Positions 42,610-57,900 of a DNA stretch of 64,000 nucleotides are shown here, piece by piece. The stretch covers positions 15,128,001 to 15,192,000 of the forward strand of contig OZ024740.1 of NCBI GenBank assembly GCA_964016885.1, written 5' to 3'. The notes below the pieces were generated by a model. It ran no database searches and had not been told where the DNA came from. It saw nothing but the letters and a program-made list of their open reading frames with translations. The stretch is from Eledone cirrhosa. Taxonomy: Eukaryota. Both the position numbers and the translations under genes were made by a program. Numbering within the stretch: the first letter of the stretch is position 1; each line of letters opens with the position of its first letter.

Positions 42610-44910
42610 ATCGTTATATTTCCCAATAAACAGAGGTGTGAAATATAGGATGTTTTAAACACCTTCATGGTTAAATTTCCCACTAAACAGAGGTGTGAAA
42701 TATAGGATGTTTTAAACACCTTCATGGTTATGTTTCCCACTAAACAGAGGTGTGAAATATAGGATGTTTTAAACACGTTCATGGTTATATTTCCCACTAA
42801 ACAGAGGTGTGAAATATAGGATGTTTTAAACCCCTTCATGGTTATATTTCCCACTAAACAGAGGTGTGCAAAATAGGATGTTTTAAACACCTTCATGATT
42901 ATATTTCCCACTAAACAGAGGTGTGAAATATAGGATGTTGTAAACACCTTCATGGTTATATTTCCCACTACACAGAGGTGTGAAATATAGGGTGTTGTAA
43001 ACACCTTCATGATTATATTTCCCACTAAACAGAGGTGTGAAATATAGAATGTTTTAAATACATTCATGGTTATATTTCCCAATAAACAGAGGTGTGAAAT
43101 ATAGGATGTTTTAAACACCTTCATGGTTACATTTCCCACTAAACAGAGGTGTGAAATATAGGATGTTTTAAACACCTTCATGGCTATATTTCCCACTAAA
43201 CAGAGGTGAGGAATATAGGATGTTTTAAACCCCTTCATGGTTATATTTCACACTAAACAGAGGTGTGGAATATAGGATGCTTTAAACACCTTCATGGTTA
43301 TATTTCTCACTAAAAAGATTTGTGAAATATAGGATGCTTTAAACACCTTCATGGTTATATTTCCCACTAAACGGAGGTGTGAAATATAGGATGTTTTAAA
43401 CACCTTCATGGTTATATTTCCCACTAAACAGAGGTGTGAAATATAGGATGTTTTAAACACCTTCTTGGTTATATTTCCCACTAAACAGAGGTGTGCAATA
43501 TAGGATGTTTTAAACATCTTCATGGTTATATTTCCCACAAAACAGAGGTGTGAAATATAGGATGTTTTAACACCTTCATGGTTATATTTCACACTAAACA
43601 GAGGTGTGAAATATAGGATGTTTTAAAAACCTTCATGGTTATATTTCCCACTAAACAGTGGTGTGAAATATAGGATGTTTTAAACACCTTCATGGTTATA
43701 TTTCCCACTAAACAGAGGTGTGAAATATAGGATGTTTTAAACCCCTTCATGGTTATATTTCCCACTAAACAGAGGTGTGCAATATAGGATGTTTTAAACA
43801 GCTTCATGATTATATTTCCCACTAAACAGAGGTGTGAAATATAGGATGTTGTAAACACCTTCATGGTTATATTTCCCACTACACAGAGGTGTGAAATATA
43901 GGATTTTGTAAACACCTTCATGATTATATTTCCCACTAAACAGAGGTGTGAAATATAGAATGTTTTAAATACATTCATGGTTATATTTCCCAATAAACAG
44001 AGGTGGGAAATATAGGATGTTTTAAACACCTTCATGGTTATATTTCCCACTAAACAGAGGTGTGAAATATAGGATGTTTTAAACACCTTCATGGTTATAT
44101 TTCCCACTAAACAGAGGTGTGAAATATAGGATGTTTTAAACACCTTCATGGTTATATTTCCCACTAAACAGAGGTGTGAAATATAGGATGTTTTAAACAC
44201 CTCCATGGTTATATTTCCCACTAAACTGAGGTGTGAAATATCGGATGTTTTAAACACCTTCATGGTTAAATTTCCCACTAAACAGAAGTGTGAAATATAG
44301 GATGTTTTAAACACCTTCATGGCTATATTTCCCACTAAACAGAGGTGTGAAATATAGGATGTTTTAAACCCCTTCATGCTTATATTTCACACTAAACAGA
44401 GGTGTGGAATATAGGATGTTTAAAACACCTTCATGGTTATATTTCCCAATAAACAGAGGTGGGAAATATAGGATGTTTTAAACACCTTCATGGTTATATT
44501 TCCCACTAAACAGAGGTGTGAAATATAGGATGTTTAAAACAACTTCATGGTTATATTTCCTACTAAACAGAGGTGTAGAAATATAGGATGTTTTAACACC
44601 TTCATGGTTATATTTCACACTAAACAGAGGTGTGAAATATAGGATGTTTTACACCCCTTCATGGTTATATTTCCCACTAAACTGAGGTTGTGAAATATAG
44701 GATGTTTTAAACAACTTCATGTTTATATTTCCCACTAAACAGAGGTGTAAAATATAGAATGTTTTAAACACCTTCATGGTTATATTTCCCACTAAACAGA
44801 GGTGTGAAATATAGGATGTTTTAAACCCCTTCATGGTTATATTTCCCACTAAACAGAGGTGTGCAATATAGGATGTTTTAAACACCTTCATGATCATATT
44901 TCCCACTAAA
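42610..44910. repeat. Further partial copy of the same block (offset 3762 bp = 66 x 57 from about 38850-41150)
   Basis: ORF pairs 39486/43248, 39827/43589 and 40887/44649 are offset by 3762. Shared variants include ggtgtagaaa and ggtgtaaaatatagaa. Confidence 0.88.
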
Positions 44911-47900
44911 CAGAGGTGTGAAATATAGGATGTTTTAAACACCTTCATGGTTATATTTCACACTTAACAGAGGTGTGGAATATAGGATGTTTAAAACACC
45001 TTCATGGTTATATTTCCCACTAAACAGAGGTGTGAAATATAGAATGTTTTAAATACCTTCATGGTTATATTTCCCAATAAACAGAGGTGTGAAATATAGG
45101 ATGTTTTAAACACCTTCATGGTTATATTTCCCACTAAACAGAGGTGTGAAATATAGGATGTTTTAAACACCTTCCTGGTTATATTTCCCACTAAACAGAG
45201 GTGTGAAACATAGGATGTTGTAAACACCTTCATGGTTACATTTCCCACTAAACAGAGGTGTGAAATATAGGATGTTTAAAACACCTTCATGGTTATATTT
45301 CCTACTAAACAGAGGTGTGAAATATAGGATGTTTTAACACCTTCATGGTTATATTTCACACTAAACAGAGGTGTGAAATATAGGATGTTTTACACACCTT
45401 CATGGTTATATTTCCCACTAAACTGAGGTTGTGAAATATAGGATGTTTTAAACACCTTCATGGTTATGTTTCCCACTAAACAGAGGTGTGAAATATAGGA
45501 TGTTTTAAACACCTTCATGGTTATATTTCCCACTAAACAGAGGTGTGAAATATAGGATGTTTTAAACCCCTTCATGGTTATATTTCCCACTACACAGAGG
45601 TGTGAAATATAGGGTGTTGTAAACACCTTCATGATTATATTTCCCACTAAACAGAGGTGTGAAATATAGAATGTTTTAAATACATTCATGGTTATATTTC
45701 CCAATAAACAGAGGTGTGAAATATAGGATGTTTTAAACACCTTCATGGTTATATTTCCCACTAAACAGAGGTGTGAAATATAGGATGTTTTAAACACCTT
45801 CATGGCTATATTTCCCACTAAACAGAGGTGTGAAATATAGGATGTTTTAAACACCTTCATGGTTATATTTCCCACTAAACAGAGGTGTGAAATATAGGAT
45901 GTTTTAAACCCCTTCATGGTTATATTTCCCACTAAACAGAGGTGTGCAATATAGGATGTTTTAAACAGCTTCATGATTATATTTCCCACTAAACAGAGGT
46001 GTGAAATATAGGATGTTGTAAACACCTTCATGGTTATATTTCCCACTACACAGAGGTGTGAAATATAGGATTTTGTAAACACCTTCATGATTATATTTCC
46101 CACTAAACAGAGGTGTGAAATATAGAATGTTTTAAATACATTCATGGTTATATTTCCCAATAAACAGAGGTGGGAAATATAGGATGTTTTAAACACCTTC
46201 ATGGTTATATTTCCCACTAAACAGAGGTGTGAAATATAGGATGTTTTAAACACCTTCATGGTTATATTTCCCACTAAACAGAGGTGTGAAATATAGGATG
46301 TTTTAAACACCTTCATGTTTATATTTCCCACTAAACAGAGGTGTGAAATATAGGATGTTTTAAACACCTCCATGGTTATATTTCCCACTAAACTGAGGTG
46401 TGAAATATCGGATGTTTTAAACACCTTCATGGTTAAATTTCCCACTAAACAGAAGTGTGAAATATAGGATGTTTTAAACACCTTCATGGCTATATTTCCC
46501 ACTAAACAGAGGTGTGAAATATAGGATGTTTTAAACCCCTTCATGCTTATATTTCACACTAAACAGAGGTGTGGAATATAGGATGTTTAAAACACCTTCA
46601 TGGTTATATTTCCCACTAAACAGAGGTATGAAATATAGAATGTTTTAAATATATTCATGATTATATTTCCCAATAAACAGAGGTGTGAAATATAGGATGT
46701 TTTAAACACCTTCATGGTTATATTTCCCACTAAACAGAGGTGTGAAATATAGGATGTTTTAAACACCTTCATGGTTATATTTCCCACTAAACAGAGGTGT
46801 GAAATATAGAATGTTTTAAATACCTTCATGATTATATTTCCCAATAAACAGAGGTGTGAAATATAGGATGTTTTAAACACCTTCATGGTTATATTTCCCA
46901 CTAAACAGAGGTGTGAAATATAGGATGTTTTAAACACCTTCATGGTTATATTTCCCACTAAACAGAGGTGTGAAATATAGGATGTTTTAAACACCTTCAT
47001 GGTTATATTTCACACTTAACAGAGGTGTGGAATATAGGATGTTTAAAACACCTTCATGGTTATATTTCCCACTAAACAGAGGTGTGAGATATAGAATGTT
47101 TTAAATACCTTCATGGTTATATTTCCCAATAAACAGAGGTGTGAAATATAGGATGTTTTAAACACCTTCATGGTTATATTTCCCACTAAACAGAGGTGTG
47201 AAATATAGGATGTTTTAAACACCTTCCTGGTTATATTTCCCACTAAACAGAGGTGTGAAACATAGGATGTTGTAAACACCTTCATGGTTACATTTCCCAC
47301 TAAACAGAGGTGTGAAATATAGGATGTTTAAAACACCTTCATGGTTATATTTCCTACTAAACAGAGGTGTGAAATATAGGATGTTTTAACACCTTCATGG
47401 TTATATTTCACACTAAACAGAGGTGTGAAATATAGGATGTTTTACACACCTTCATGGTTATATTTACCACTAAACTGAGGTTGTGAAATATAGGATGTTT
47501 TAAACACCTTCATGGTTATGTTTCCCACTAAACAGAGGTGTGAAATATAGGATGTTTTAAACACCTTCATGGTTATATTTCCCACTAAACAGAGGTGTGA
47601 AATATAGGATGTTTTAAACCCCTTCATGGTTATATTTCCCACTACACAGAGGTGTGAAATATAGGGTGTTGTAAACACCTTCATGATTATATTTCCCACT
47701 AAACAGAGGTGTGAAATATAGAATGTTTTAAATACATTCATGGTTATATTTCCCAATAAACAGAGGTGTGAAATATAGGATGTTTTAAACACCTTCATGG
47801 TTATATTTCCCACTAAACAGAGGTGTGAAATATAGGATGTTTTAAACACCTTCATGGCTATATTTCCCACTAAACAGAGGTGTGAAATATAGGATGTTTT

Positions 47901-50900
47901 AAACACCTTCATTTTTATATTTCCCACTAAACAGAGGTGTGAAATATAGGATGTTTTAAACCCCTTCATGGTTATATTTCCCACTAAACAGAGGTGTGCA
48001 ATATAGGATGTTTTAAACAGCTTCATGATTATATTTCCCACTAAACAGAGGTGTGAAATATAGGATGTTGTAAACACCTTCATGATTATATTTCCCACTA
48101 AACAGAGGTGTGAAATATAGAATGTTTTAAATACATTCATGGTTATATTTCCCAATAAACAGAGGTGGGAAATATAGGATGTTTTAAACACCTTCATGGT
48201 TATATTTCCCACTAAACAGAGGTGTGAAATATAGGATGTTTTAAACACCTTCATGGTTATATTTCCCACTAAACAGAGGTGTGAAATATAGGATGTTTTA
48301 AACACCTCCATGGTTATATTTCCCACTAAACTGAGGTGTGAAATATCGGATGTTTTAAACACCTTCATGGTTAAATTTCCCACTAAACAGAAGTGTGAAA
48401 TATAGGATGTTTTAAACACCTTCATGGCTATATTTCCCACTAAACAGAGGTGTGAAATATAGGATGTTTTAAACCCCTTCATGCTTATATTTCACACTAA
48501 ACAGAGGTGTGGAATATAGGATGTTTAAAACACCTTCATGGTTATATTTCCCACTAAACAGAGGTGTGAAATATAGAATGTTTTAAATACCTTCATGATT
48601 ATATTTCCCAATAAACAGAGGTGTGAAATATAGGATGTTTTAAACACCTTCATGGTTATATTTCCCACTAAACAGAGGTGTGAAATATAGGATGTTTTAA
48701 ACACCTTCATGGTTATATTTCCCACTAAACAGAGGTGTGAAATATAGAATGTTTTAAATACCTTCATGATTATATTTCCCAATAAACAGAGGTGTGAAAT
48801 ATAGGATGTTTTAAACACCTTCATGGTTATATTTCCCACTAAACAGAGGTGTGAAATATAGGATGTTTTACACACCTTCATGGCTATATTTCCCACTATA
48901 CAGAGGTGTGAAATATAGGATGTTTTAAACACCTTCATGGTTATATTTCCCACTAAACAGAGGTGTGAAATATAGGATGTTTTAAACACCTTCATGGTTA
49001 TATTTCCCACTAAACAGAGGTGTGCAATATAGGATGTTTTAAACAGCTTCATGATTATATTTCCCACTAAACAGAGGTGTGAAATATAGGATGTTGTAAA
49101 CACCTTCATGGTTATATTTCCCACTACACAGAGGTGTGAAATATAGGATTTTGTAAACACCTTCATGATTATATTTCCCACTAAACAGAGGTGTGAAATA
49201 TAGAATGTTTTAAATACATTCATGGTTATATTTCCCAATAAACAGAGGTGGGAAATATAGGATGTTTTAAACACCTTCATGGTTATATTTCCCACTAAAC
49301 AGAGGTGTGAAATATAGGATGTTTTAAACACCTTCATGGTTATATTTCCCACTAAACAGAGGTGTGAAATATAGGATGTTTTAAACACCTTCATGGTTAT
49401 ATTTCCCACTAAACAGAGGTGTGAAATATAGGATGTTTTAAACACCTCCATGGTTATATTTCCCACTAAACTGAGGTGTGAAATATCGGATGTTTTAAAC
49501 ACCTTCATGGTTAAATTTCCCACTAAACAGAAGTGTGAAATATAGGATGTTTTAAACACCTTCATGGCTATATTTCCCACTAAACAGAGGTGTGAAATAT
49601 AGGATGTTTTAAACCCCTTCATGCTTATATTTCACACTAAACAGAGGTGTGGAATATAGGATGTTTAAAACACCTTCATGGTTATATTTCCCACTAAACA
49701 GAGGTGTGAAATATAGAATGTTTTAAATACCTTCATGATTATATTTCCCAATAAACAGAGGTGTGAAATATAGGATGTTTTAAACACCTTCATGGTTATA
49801 TTTCCCACTAAACAGAGGTGTGAAATATAGGATGTTTTAAACACCTTCATGGTTATATTTCCCACTAAACAGAGGTGTGAAATATAGGATGTTGTAAACA
49901 CCTTCATGGTTACATTTCCCACTAAACAGAGGTGTGAAATATAGGATGTTTAAAACACCTTCATGGTTATATTTCCTACTAAACAGAGGTGTGAAATATA
50001 GGATGTTTTAACACCTTCATGGTTATATTTCACACTAAACAGAGGTGTGAAATATAGGATGTTTTACACACCTTCATGGTTATATTTCCCACTAAACTGA
50101 GGTTGTGAAATATAGGATGTTTTAAACAACTTCATGTTTATGTTTCCCACTAAACAGAGGTGTGAAATATAGGATGTTTTAAACACCTTCATGATCATAT
50201 TTCCAACTAAACAGAGGTGTGAAATATAGGATGTTGTAAACACTTTCATGGTTATATTTCCCACTACACAGAGGTGTGAAATATAGGGTGTTGTAAACAC
50301 CTTCATGATTATATTTCCCACTAAACAGAGGTGTGAAATATAGAATGTTTTAAATACATTCATGGTTATATTTCCCAATAAACAGAGGTGTGAAATATAG
50401 GATGTTTTAAACACCTTCATGGTTATATTTCCCACTAAACAGAGGTGTGAAATATAGGATGTTTTAAACACCTTCATGGCTATATTTCCCACTAAACAGA
50501 GGTGTGAAATATAGGATGTTTTAAATACATTCATGGTTATATTTCCCACTAAACAGAGGTGTGAAATATAGGATGTTTTAAACCCCTTCATGGTTATATT
50601 TCCCACTAAACAGAGGTGTGCAATATAGGATGTTTTAAACAGCTTCATGATTATATTTCCCACTAAACAGAGGTGTGAAATATAGGATGTTGTAAACACC
50701 TTCATGGTTATATTTCCCACTACACAGAGGTGTGAAATATAGGATTTTGTAAACACCTTCATGATTATATTTCCCACTAAACAGAGGTGTGAAATATAGA
50801 ATGTTTTAAATACATTCATGGTTATATTTCCCAATAAACAGAGGTGGGAAATATAGGATGTTTTAAACACCTTCATGGTTATATTTCCCACTAAACAGAG

Positions 50901-51999
50901 GTGTGAAATATAGGATGTTTTAAACACCTTCATGGTTATATTTCCCACTAAACAGAGGTGTGAAATATAGAATGTTTTAAACACCTTCATGCTTATATTT
51001 CCCACTAAACAGAGGTGTGAAATATAGGATGTTTTAAACACCTCCATGGTTATATTTCCCACTAAACTGAGGTGTGAAATATCGGATGTTTTAAACACCT
51101 TCATGGTTAAATTTCCCACTAAACAGAAGTGTGAAATATAGGATGTTTTAAACACCTTCATGGCTATATTTCCCACTAAACAGAGGTGTGAAATATAGGA
51201 TGTTTTAAACCCCTTCATGCTTATATTTCACACTAAACAGAGGTGTGAAATATAGGATGTTTAAAACACCTTCATGGTTATATTTCCTACTAAACAGAGG
51301 TGTGAAATATAGGATGTTTTAACACCTTCATGGTTATATTTCACACTAAACAGAGGTGTGAAATATAGGATGTTTTACACACCTTCATGGTTATATTTCC
51401 CACTAAACTGAGGTTGTGAAATATAGGATGTTTTAAACAACTTCATGTTTATGTTTCCCACTAAACAGAGGTGTGAAATATAGGATGTTTTAAACACCTT
51501 CATGGTTATATTTCCCACTACACAGAGGTGTGAAATATAGGGTGTTGTAAACACCTTCATGATTATATTTCCCACTAAACAGAGGTGTGAAATATAGAAT
51601 GTTTTAAATACATTCATGGTTATATTTCCCAATAAACAGAGGTGTGAAATATAGGATGTTTTAAACACCTTCATGGTTATATTTCCCACTAAACAGAGGT
51701 GTGAAATATAGGATGTTTTAAACACCTTCATGGCTATATTTCCCACTAAACAGAGGTGTGAAATATAGGATGTTTTAAACACCTTCATGGTTATATTTCC
51801 CACTAAACAGAGGTGTGAAATATAGGATGTTTTAAACCCCTTCATGGTTATATTTCCCACTAAACAGAGGTGTGCAATATAGGATGTTTTAAACAGCTTC
51901 ATGATTATATTTCCCACTAAACAGAGGTGTGAAATATAGGATGTTGTAAACACCTTCATGCTTATATTTCCCACTACACAGAGGTGTGAAATATAGGAT

Positions 52000-54900
52000 T
52001 TTGTAAACACCTTCATGATTATATTTCCCACTAAACAGAGGTGTGAAATATAGAATGTTTTAAATACATTCATGGTTATATTTCCCAATAAACAGAGGTG
52101 GGAAATATAGGATGTTTTAAACACCTTCATGGTTATATTTCCCACTAAACAGAGGTGTGAAATATAGGATGTTTTAAACACCTTCATGGTTATATTTCCC
52201 ACTAAACAGAGGTGTGAAATATAGGATGTTTTAAACACCTTCATGGTTATATTTCCCACTAAACAGAGGTGTGAAATATAGGATGTTTTAAACACCTCCA
52301 TGGTTATATTTCCCACTAAACTGAGGTGTGAAATATCGGATGTTTTAAACACCTTCATGGTTAAATTTCCCACTAAACAGAAGTGTGAAATATAGGATGT
52401 TTTAAACACCTTCATGGCTATATTTCCCACTAAACAGAGGTGTGAAATATAGGATGTTTTAAACCCCTTCATGCTTATATTTCACACTAAACAGAGGTGT
52501 GGAATATAGGATGTTTAAAACACCTTCATGGTTATATTTCCCACTAAACAGAGGTGTGAAATATAGAATGTTTTAAATACCTTCATGATTATATTTCCCA
52601 ATAAACAGAGGTGTGAAATATAGGATGTTTTAAACACCTTCATGGTTATATTTCCCACTAAACAGAGGTGTGAAATATAGGATGTTTTAAACACCTTCAT
52701 GGTTATATTTCCCACTAAACAGAGGTGTGAAATATAGAATGTTTTAAATACCTTCATGATTATATTTCCCAATAAACAGAGGTGTGAAATATAGGATGTT
52801 TTAAACACCTTCATGGTTATATTTCCCACTAAACAGAGGTGTGAAATATAGGATGTTTTAAACACCTTCATGGCTATATTTCCCACTAAACAGAGGTGTG
52901 AAATATAGGATGTTTTAAACACCTTCATGGTTATATTTCCCACTAAACAGAGGTGTGAAATATAGGATGTTTTAAACCCCTTCATGGTTATATTTCCCAC
53001 TAAACAGAGGTGTGCAATATAGGATGTTTTAAACAGCTTCATGATTATATTTCCCACTAAACAGAGGTGTGAAATATAGGATGTTGTAAACACCTTCATG
53101 GTTATATTTCCCACTACACAGAGGTGTGAAATATAGGATTTTGTAAACACCTTCATGATTATATTTCCCACTAAACAGAGGTGTGAAATATAGAATGTTT
53201 TAAATACATTCATGGTTATATTTCCCAATAAACAGAGGTGGGAAATATAGGATGTTTTAAACACCTTCATGGTTATATTTCCCACTAAACAGAGGTGTGA
53301 AATATAGGATGTTTTAAACACCTCCATGGTTATATTTCCCACTAAACTGAGGTGTGAAATATCGGATGTTTTAAACACCTTCATGATTATATTTCCCAAT
53401 AAACAGAGGTGTGAAATATAGGATGTTTTAAACACCTTCATGGTTATATTTCCCACTAAACAGAGGTGTGAAATATAGGATGTTTTAAACACCTTCATGG
53501 CTATATTTCCCACTAAACAGAGGTGTGAAATATAGGATGTTTTAAACACCTTCATGGCTATCTTTCCCACTAAACAGAGGTGTGAAATATAGAATGTTTT
53601 AAATACATTCATGGTTATATTTCCCAATAAACAGAGGTGGGAAATATAGGATGTTTTAAACACCTTCATGGTTATATTTCCCACTAAACAGAGGTGTGAA
53701 ATATAGGATGTTTTAAACACCTCCATGGTTATATTTCCCACTAAACTGAGGTGTGAAATATCGGATGTTTTAAACACCTTCATGGTTAAATTTCCCACTA
53801 AACAGAAGTGTGAAATATAGGATGTTTTAAACACCTTCATGGCTATATTTCCCACTAAACAGAGGTGTGAAATATAGGATGTTTTAAACCCCTTCATGCT
53901 TATATTTCACACTAAACAGAGGTGTGGAATATAGGATGTTTAAAACACCTTCATGGTTATATTTCCCACTAAACAGAGGTGTGAAATATAGAATGTTTTA
54001 AATACCTTCATGATTATATTTCCCAATAAACAGAGGTGTGAAATATAGGATGTTTTAAACACCTTCATGGTTATATTTCCCACTAAACAGAGGTGTGAAA
54101 TATAGGATGTTTTAAACACCTTCATGGTTATATTTCCCACTAAACAGAGGTGTGAAATATAGAATGTTTTAAATACCTTCATGATTATATTTCCCAATAA
54201 ACAGAGGTGTGAAATATAGGATGTTTTAAACACCTTCATGGTTATATTTCCCACTAAACAGAGGTGTGAAATATAGGATGTTTTACACACCTTCATGGCT
54301 ATATTTCCCACTAAACAGAGGTGTGAAATATAGGATGTTTTAAACACCTTCATGGTTATATTTCCCACTAAACAGAGGTGTGAAATATAGGATGTTTTAA
54401 ACACCTTCATGGTTATATTTCCCACTAAACAGAGGTGTGCAATATAGGATGTTTTAAACAGCTTCATGATTATATTTCCCACTAAACAGAGGTGTGAAAT
54501 ATAGGATGTTGTAAACACCTTCATGGTTATATTTCCCACTACACAGAGGTGTGAAATATAGGATTTTGTAAACACCTTCATGATTATATTTCCCACTAAA
54601 CAGAGGTGTGAAATATAGAATGTTTTAAATACATTCATGGTTATATTTCCCAATAAACAGAGGTGGGAAATATAGGATGTTTTAAACACCTTCATGGTTA
54701 TATTTCCCACTAAACAGAGGTGTGAAATATAGGATGTTTTAAACACCTTCATGGTTATATTTCCCACTAAACAGAGGTGTGAAATATAGGATGTTTTAAA
54801 CACCTTCATGGTTATATTTCCCACTAAACAGAGGTGTGAAATATAGGATGTTTTAAACACCTCCATGGTTATATTTCCCACTAAACTGAGGTGTGAAATA

Positions 54901-57900
54901 TCGGATGTTTTAAACACCTTCATGGTTAAATTTCCCACTAAACAGAAGTGTGAAATATAGGATGTTTTAAACACCTTCATGGCTATATTTCCCACTAAAC
55001 AGAGGTGTGAAATATAGGATGTTTTAAACCCCTTCATGCTTATATTTCACACTAAACAGAGGTGTGGAATATAGGATGTTTAAAACACCTTCATGGTTAT
55101 ATTTCCCACTAAACAGAGGTGTGAAATATAGAATGTTTTAAATACCTTCATGATTATATTTCCCAATAAACAGAGGTGTGAAATATAGGATGTTTTAAAC
55201 ACCTTCATGGTTATATTTCCCACTAAACAGAGGTGTGAAATATAGGATGTTTTAAACACCTTCATGGTTATATTTCCCACTAAACAGAGGTGTGAAATAT
55301 AGGATGTTGTAAACACCTTCATGGTTACATTTCCCACTAAACAGAGGTGTGAAATATAGGATGTTTAAAACACCTTCATGGTTATATTTCCTACTAAACA
55401 GAGGTGTGAAATATAGGATGTTTTAACACCTTCATGGTTATATTTCACACTAAACAGAGGTGTGAAATATAGGATGTTTTACACACCTTCATGGTTATAT
55501 TTCCCACTAAACTGAGGTTGTGAAATATAGGATGTTTTAAACAACTTCATGTTTATGTTTCCCACTAAACAGAGGTGTGAAATATAGGATGTTTTAAACA
55601 CCTTCATGATCATATTTCCAACTAAACAGAGGTGTGAAATATAGGATGTTGTAAACACTTTCATGGTTATATTTCCCACTACACAGAGGTGTGAAATATA
55701 GGGTGTTGTAAACACCTTCATGATTATATTTCCCACTAAACAGAGGTGTGAAATATAGAATGTTTTAAATACATTCATGGTTATATTTCCCAATAAACAG
55801 AGGTGTGAAATATAGGATGTTGTAAACACCTTCATGGTTATATTTCCCACTACACAGAGGTGTGAAATATAGGATTTTGTAAACACCTTCATGATTATAT
55901 TTCCCACTAAACAGAGGTGTGAAATATAGAATGTTTTAAATACATTCATGGTTATATTTCCCAATAAACAGAGGTGGGAAATATAGGATGTTTTAAACAC
56001 CTTCATGGTTATATTTCCCACTAAACAGAGGTGTGAAATATAGGATGTTTTAAACACCTTCATGGTTATATTTCCCACTAAACAGAGGTGTGAAATATAG
56101 GATGTTTTAAACACCTTCATGGTTATATTTCCCACTAAACAGAGGTGTGAAATATAGGATGTTTTAAACACCTCCATGGTTATATTTCCCACTAAACTGA
56201 GGTGTGAAATATCGGATGTTTTAAACACCTTCATGGTTAAATTTCCCACTAAACAGAAGTGTGAAATATAGGATGTTTTAAACACCTTCATGGCTATATT
56301 TCCCACTAAACAGAGGTGTGAAATATAGGATGTTTTAAACCCCTTCATGCTTATATTTCACACTAAACAGAGGTGTGGAATATAGGATGTTTAAAACACC
56401 TTCATGGTTATATTTCCCACTAAACAGAGGTGTGAAATATAGAATGTTTTAAATACCTTCATGACTATATTTCCCAATAAACAGAGGTGTGAAATATAGG
56501 ATGTTTTAAACACCTTCATGGTTATATTTCCCACTAAACAGAGGTGTGAAATATAGGATGTTTTAAACACCTTCATGGTTATATTTCCCACTAAACAGAG
56601 GTGTGAAATATAGAATGTTTTAAATACCTTCATGATTATATTTCCCAATAAACAGAGGTGTGAAATATAGGATGTTTTAAACACCTTCATGGTTATATTT
56701 CCCACTAAACAGAGGTGTGAAATATAGGATGTTTTAAACACCTTCATGGCTATATTTCCCACTAAACAGAGGTGTGAAATATAGGATGTTTTAAACACCT
56801 TCATGGTTATATTTCCCACTAAACAGAGGTGTGAAATATAGGATGTTTTAAACCCCTTCATGGTTATATTTCCCACTAAACAGAGGTGTGCAATATAGGA
56901 TGTTTTAAACAGCTTCATGATTATATTTCCCACTAAACAGAGGTGTGAAATATAGGATGTTGTAAACACCTTCATGGTTATATTTCCCACTACACAGAGG
57001 TGTGAAATATAGGATTTTGTAAACACCTTCATGATTATATTTCCCACTAAACAGAGGTGTGAAATATAGAATGTTTTAAATACATTCATGGTTATATTTC
57101 CCAATAAACAGAGGTGGGAAATATAGGATGTTTTAAACACCTTCATGGTTATATTTCCCACTAAACAGAGGTGTGAAATATAGGATGTTTTAAACACCTC
57201 CATGGTTATATTTCCCACTAAACTGAGGTGTGAAATATCGGATGTTTTAAACACCTTCATGATTATATTTCCCAATAAACAGAGGTGTGAAATATAGGAT
57301 GTTTTAAACACCTTCATGGTTATATTTCCCACTAAACAGAGGTGTGAAATATAGGATGTTTTAAACACCTTCATGGCTATATTTCCCACTAAACAGAGGT
57401 GTGAAATATAGGATGTTTTAAACACCTTCATGGCTATCTTTCCCACTAAACAGAGGTGTGAAATATAGAATGTTTTAAATACATTCATGGTTATATTTCC
57501 CAATAAACAGAGGTGGGAAATATAGGATGTTTTAAACACCTTCATGGTTATATTTCCCACTAAACAGAGGTGTGAAATATAGGATGTTTTAAACACCTCC
57601 ATGGTTATATTTCCCACTAAACTGAGGTGTGAAATATCGGATGTTTTAAACACCTTCATGGTTAAATTTCCCACTAAACAGAAGTGTGAAATATAGGATG
57701 TTTTAAACACCTTCATGGCTATATTTCCCACTAAACAGAGGTGTGAAATATAGGATGTTTTAAACCCCTTCATGCTTATATTTCACACTAAACAGAGGTG
57801 TGGAATATAGGATGTTTAAAACACCTTCATGGTTATATTTCCCACTAAACAGAGGTGTGAAATATAGAATGTTTTAAATACCTTCATGATTATATTTCCC

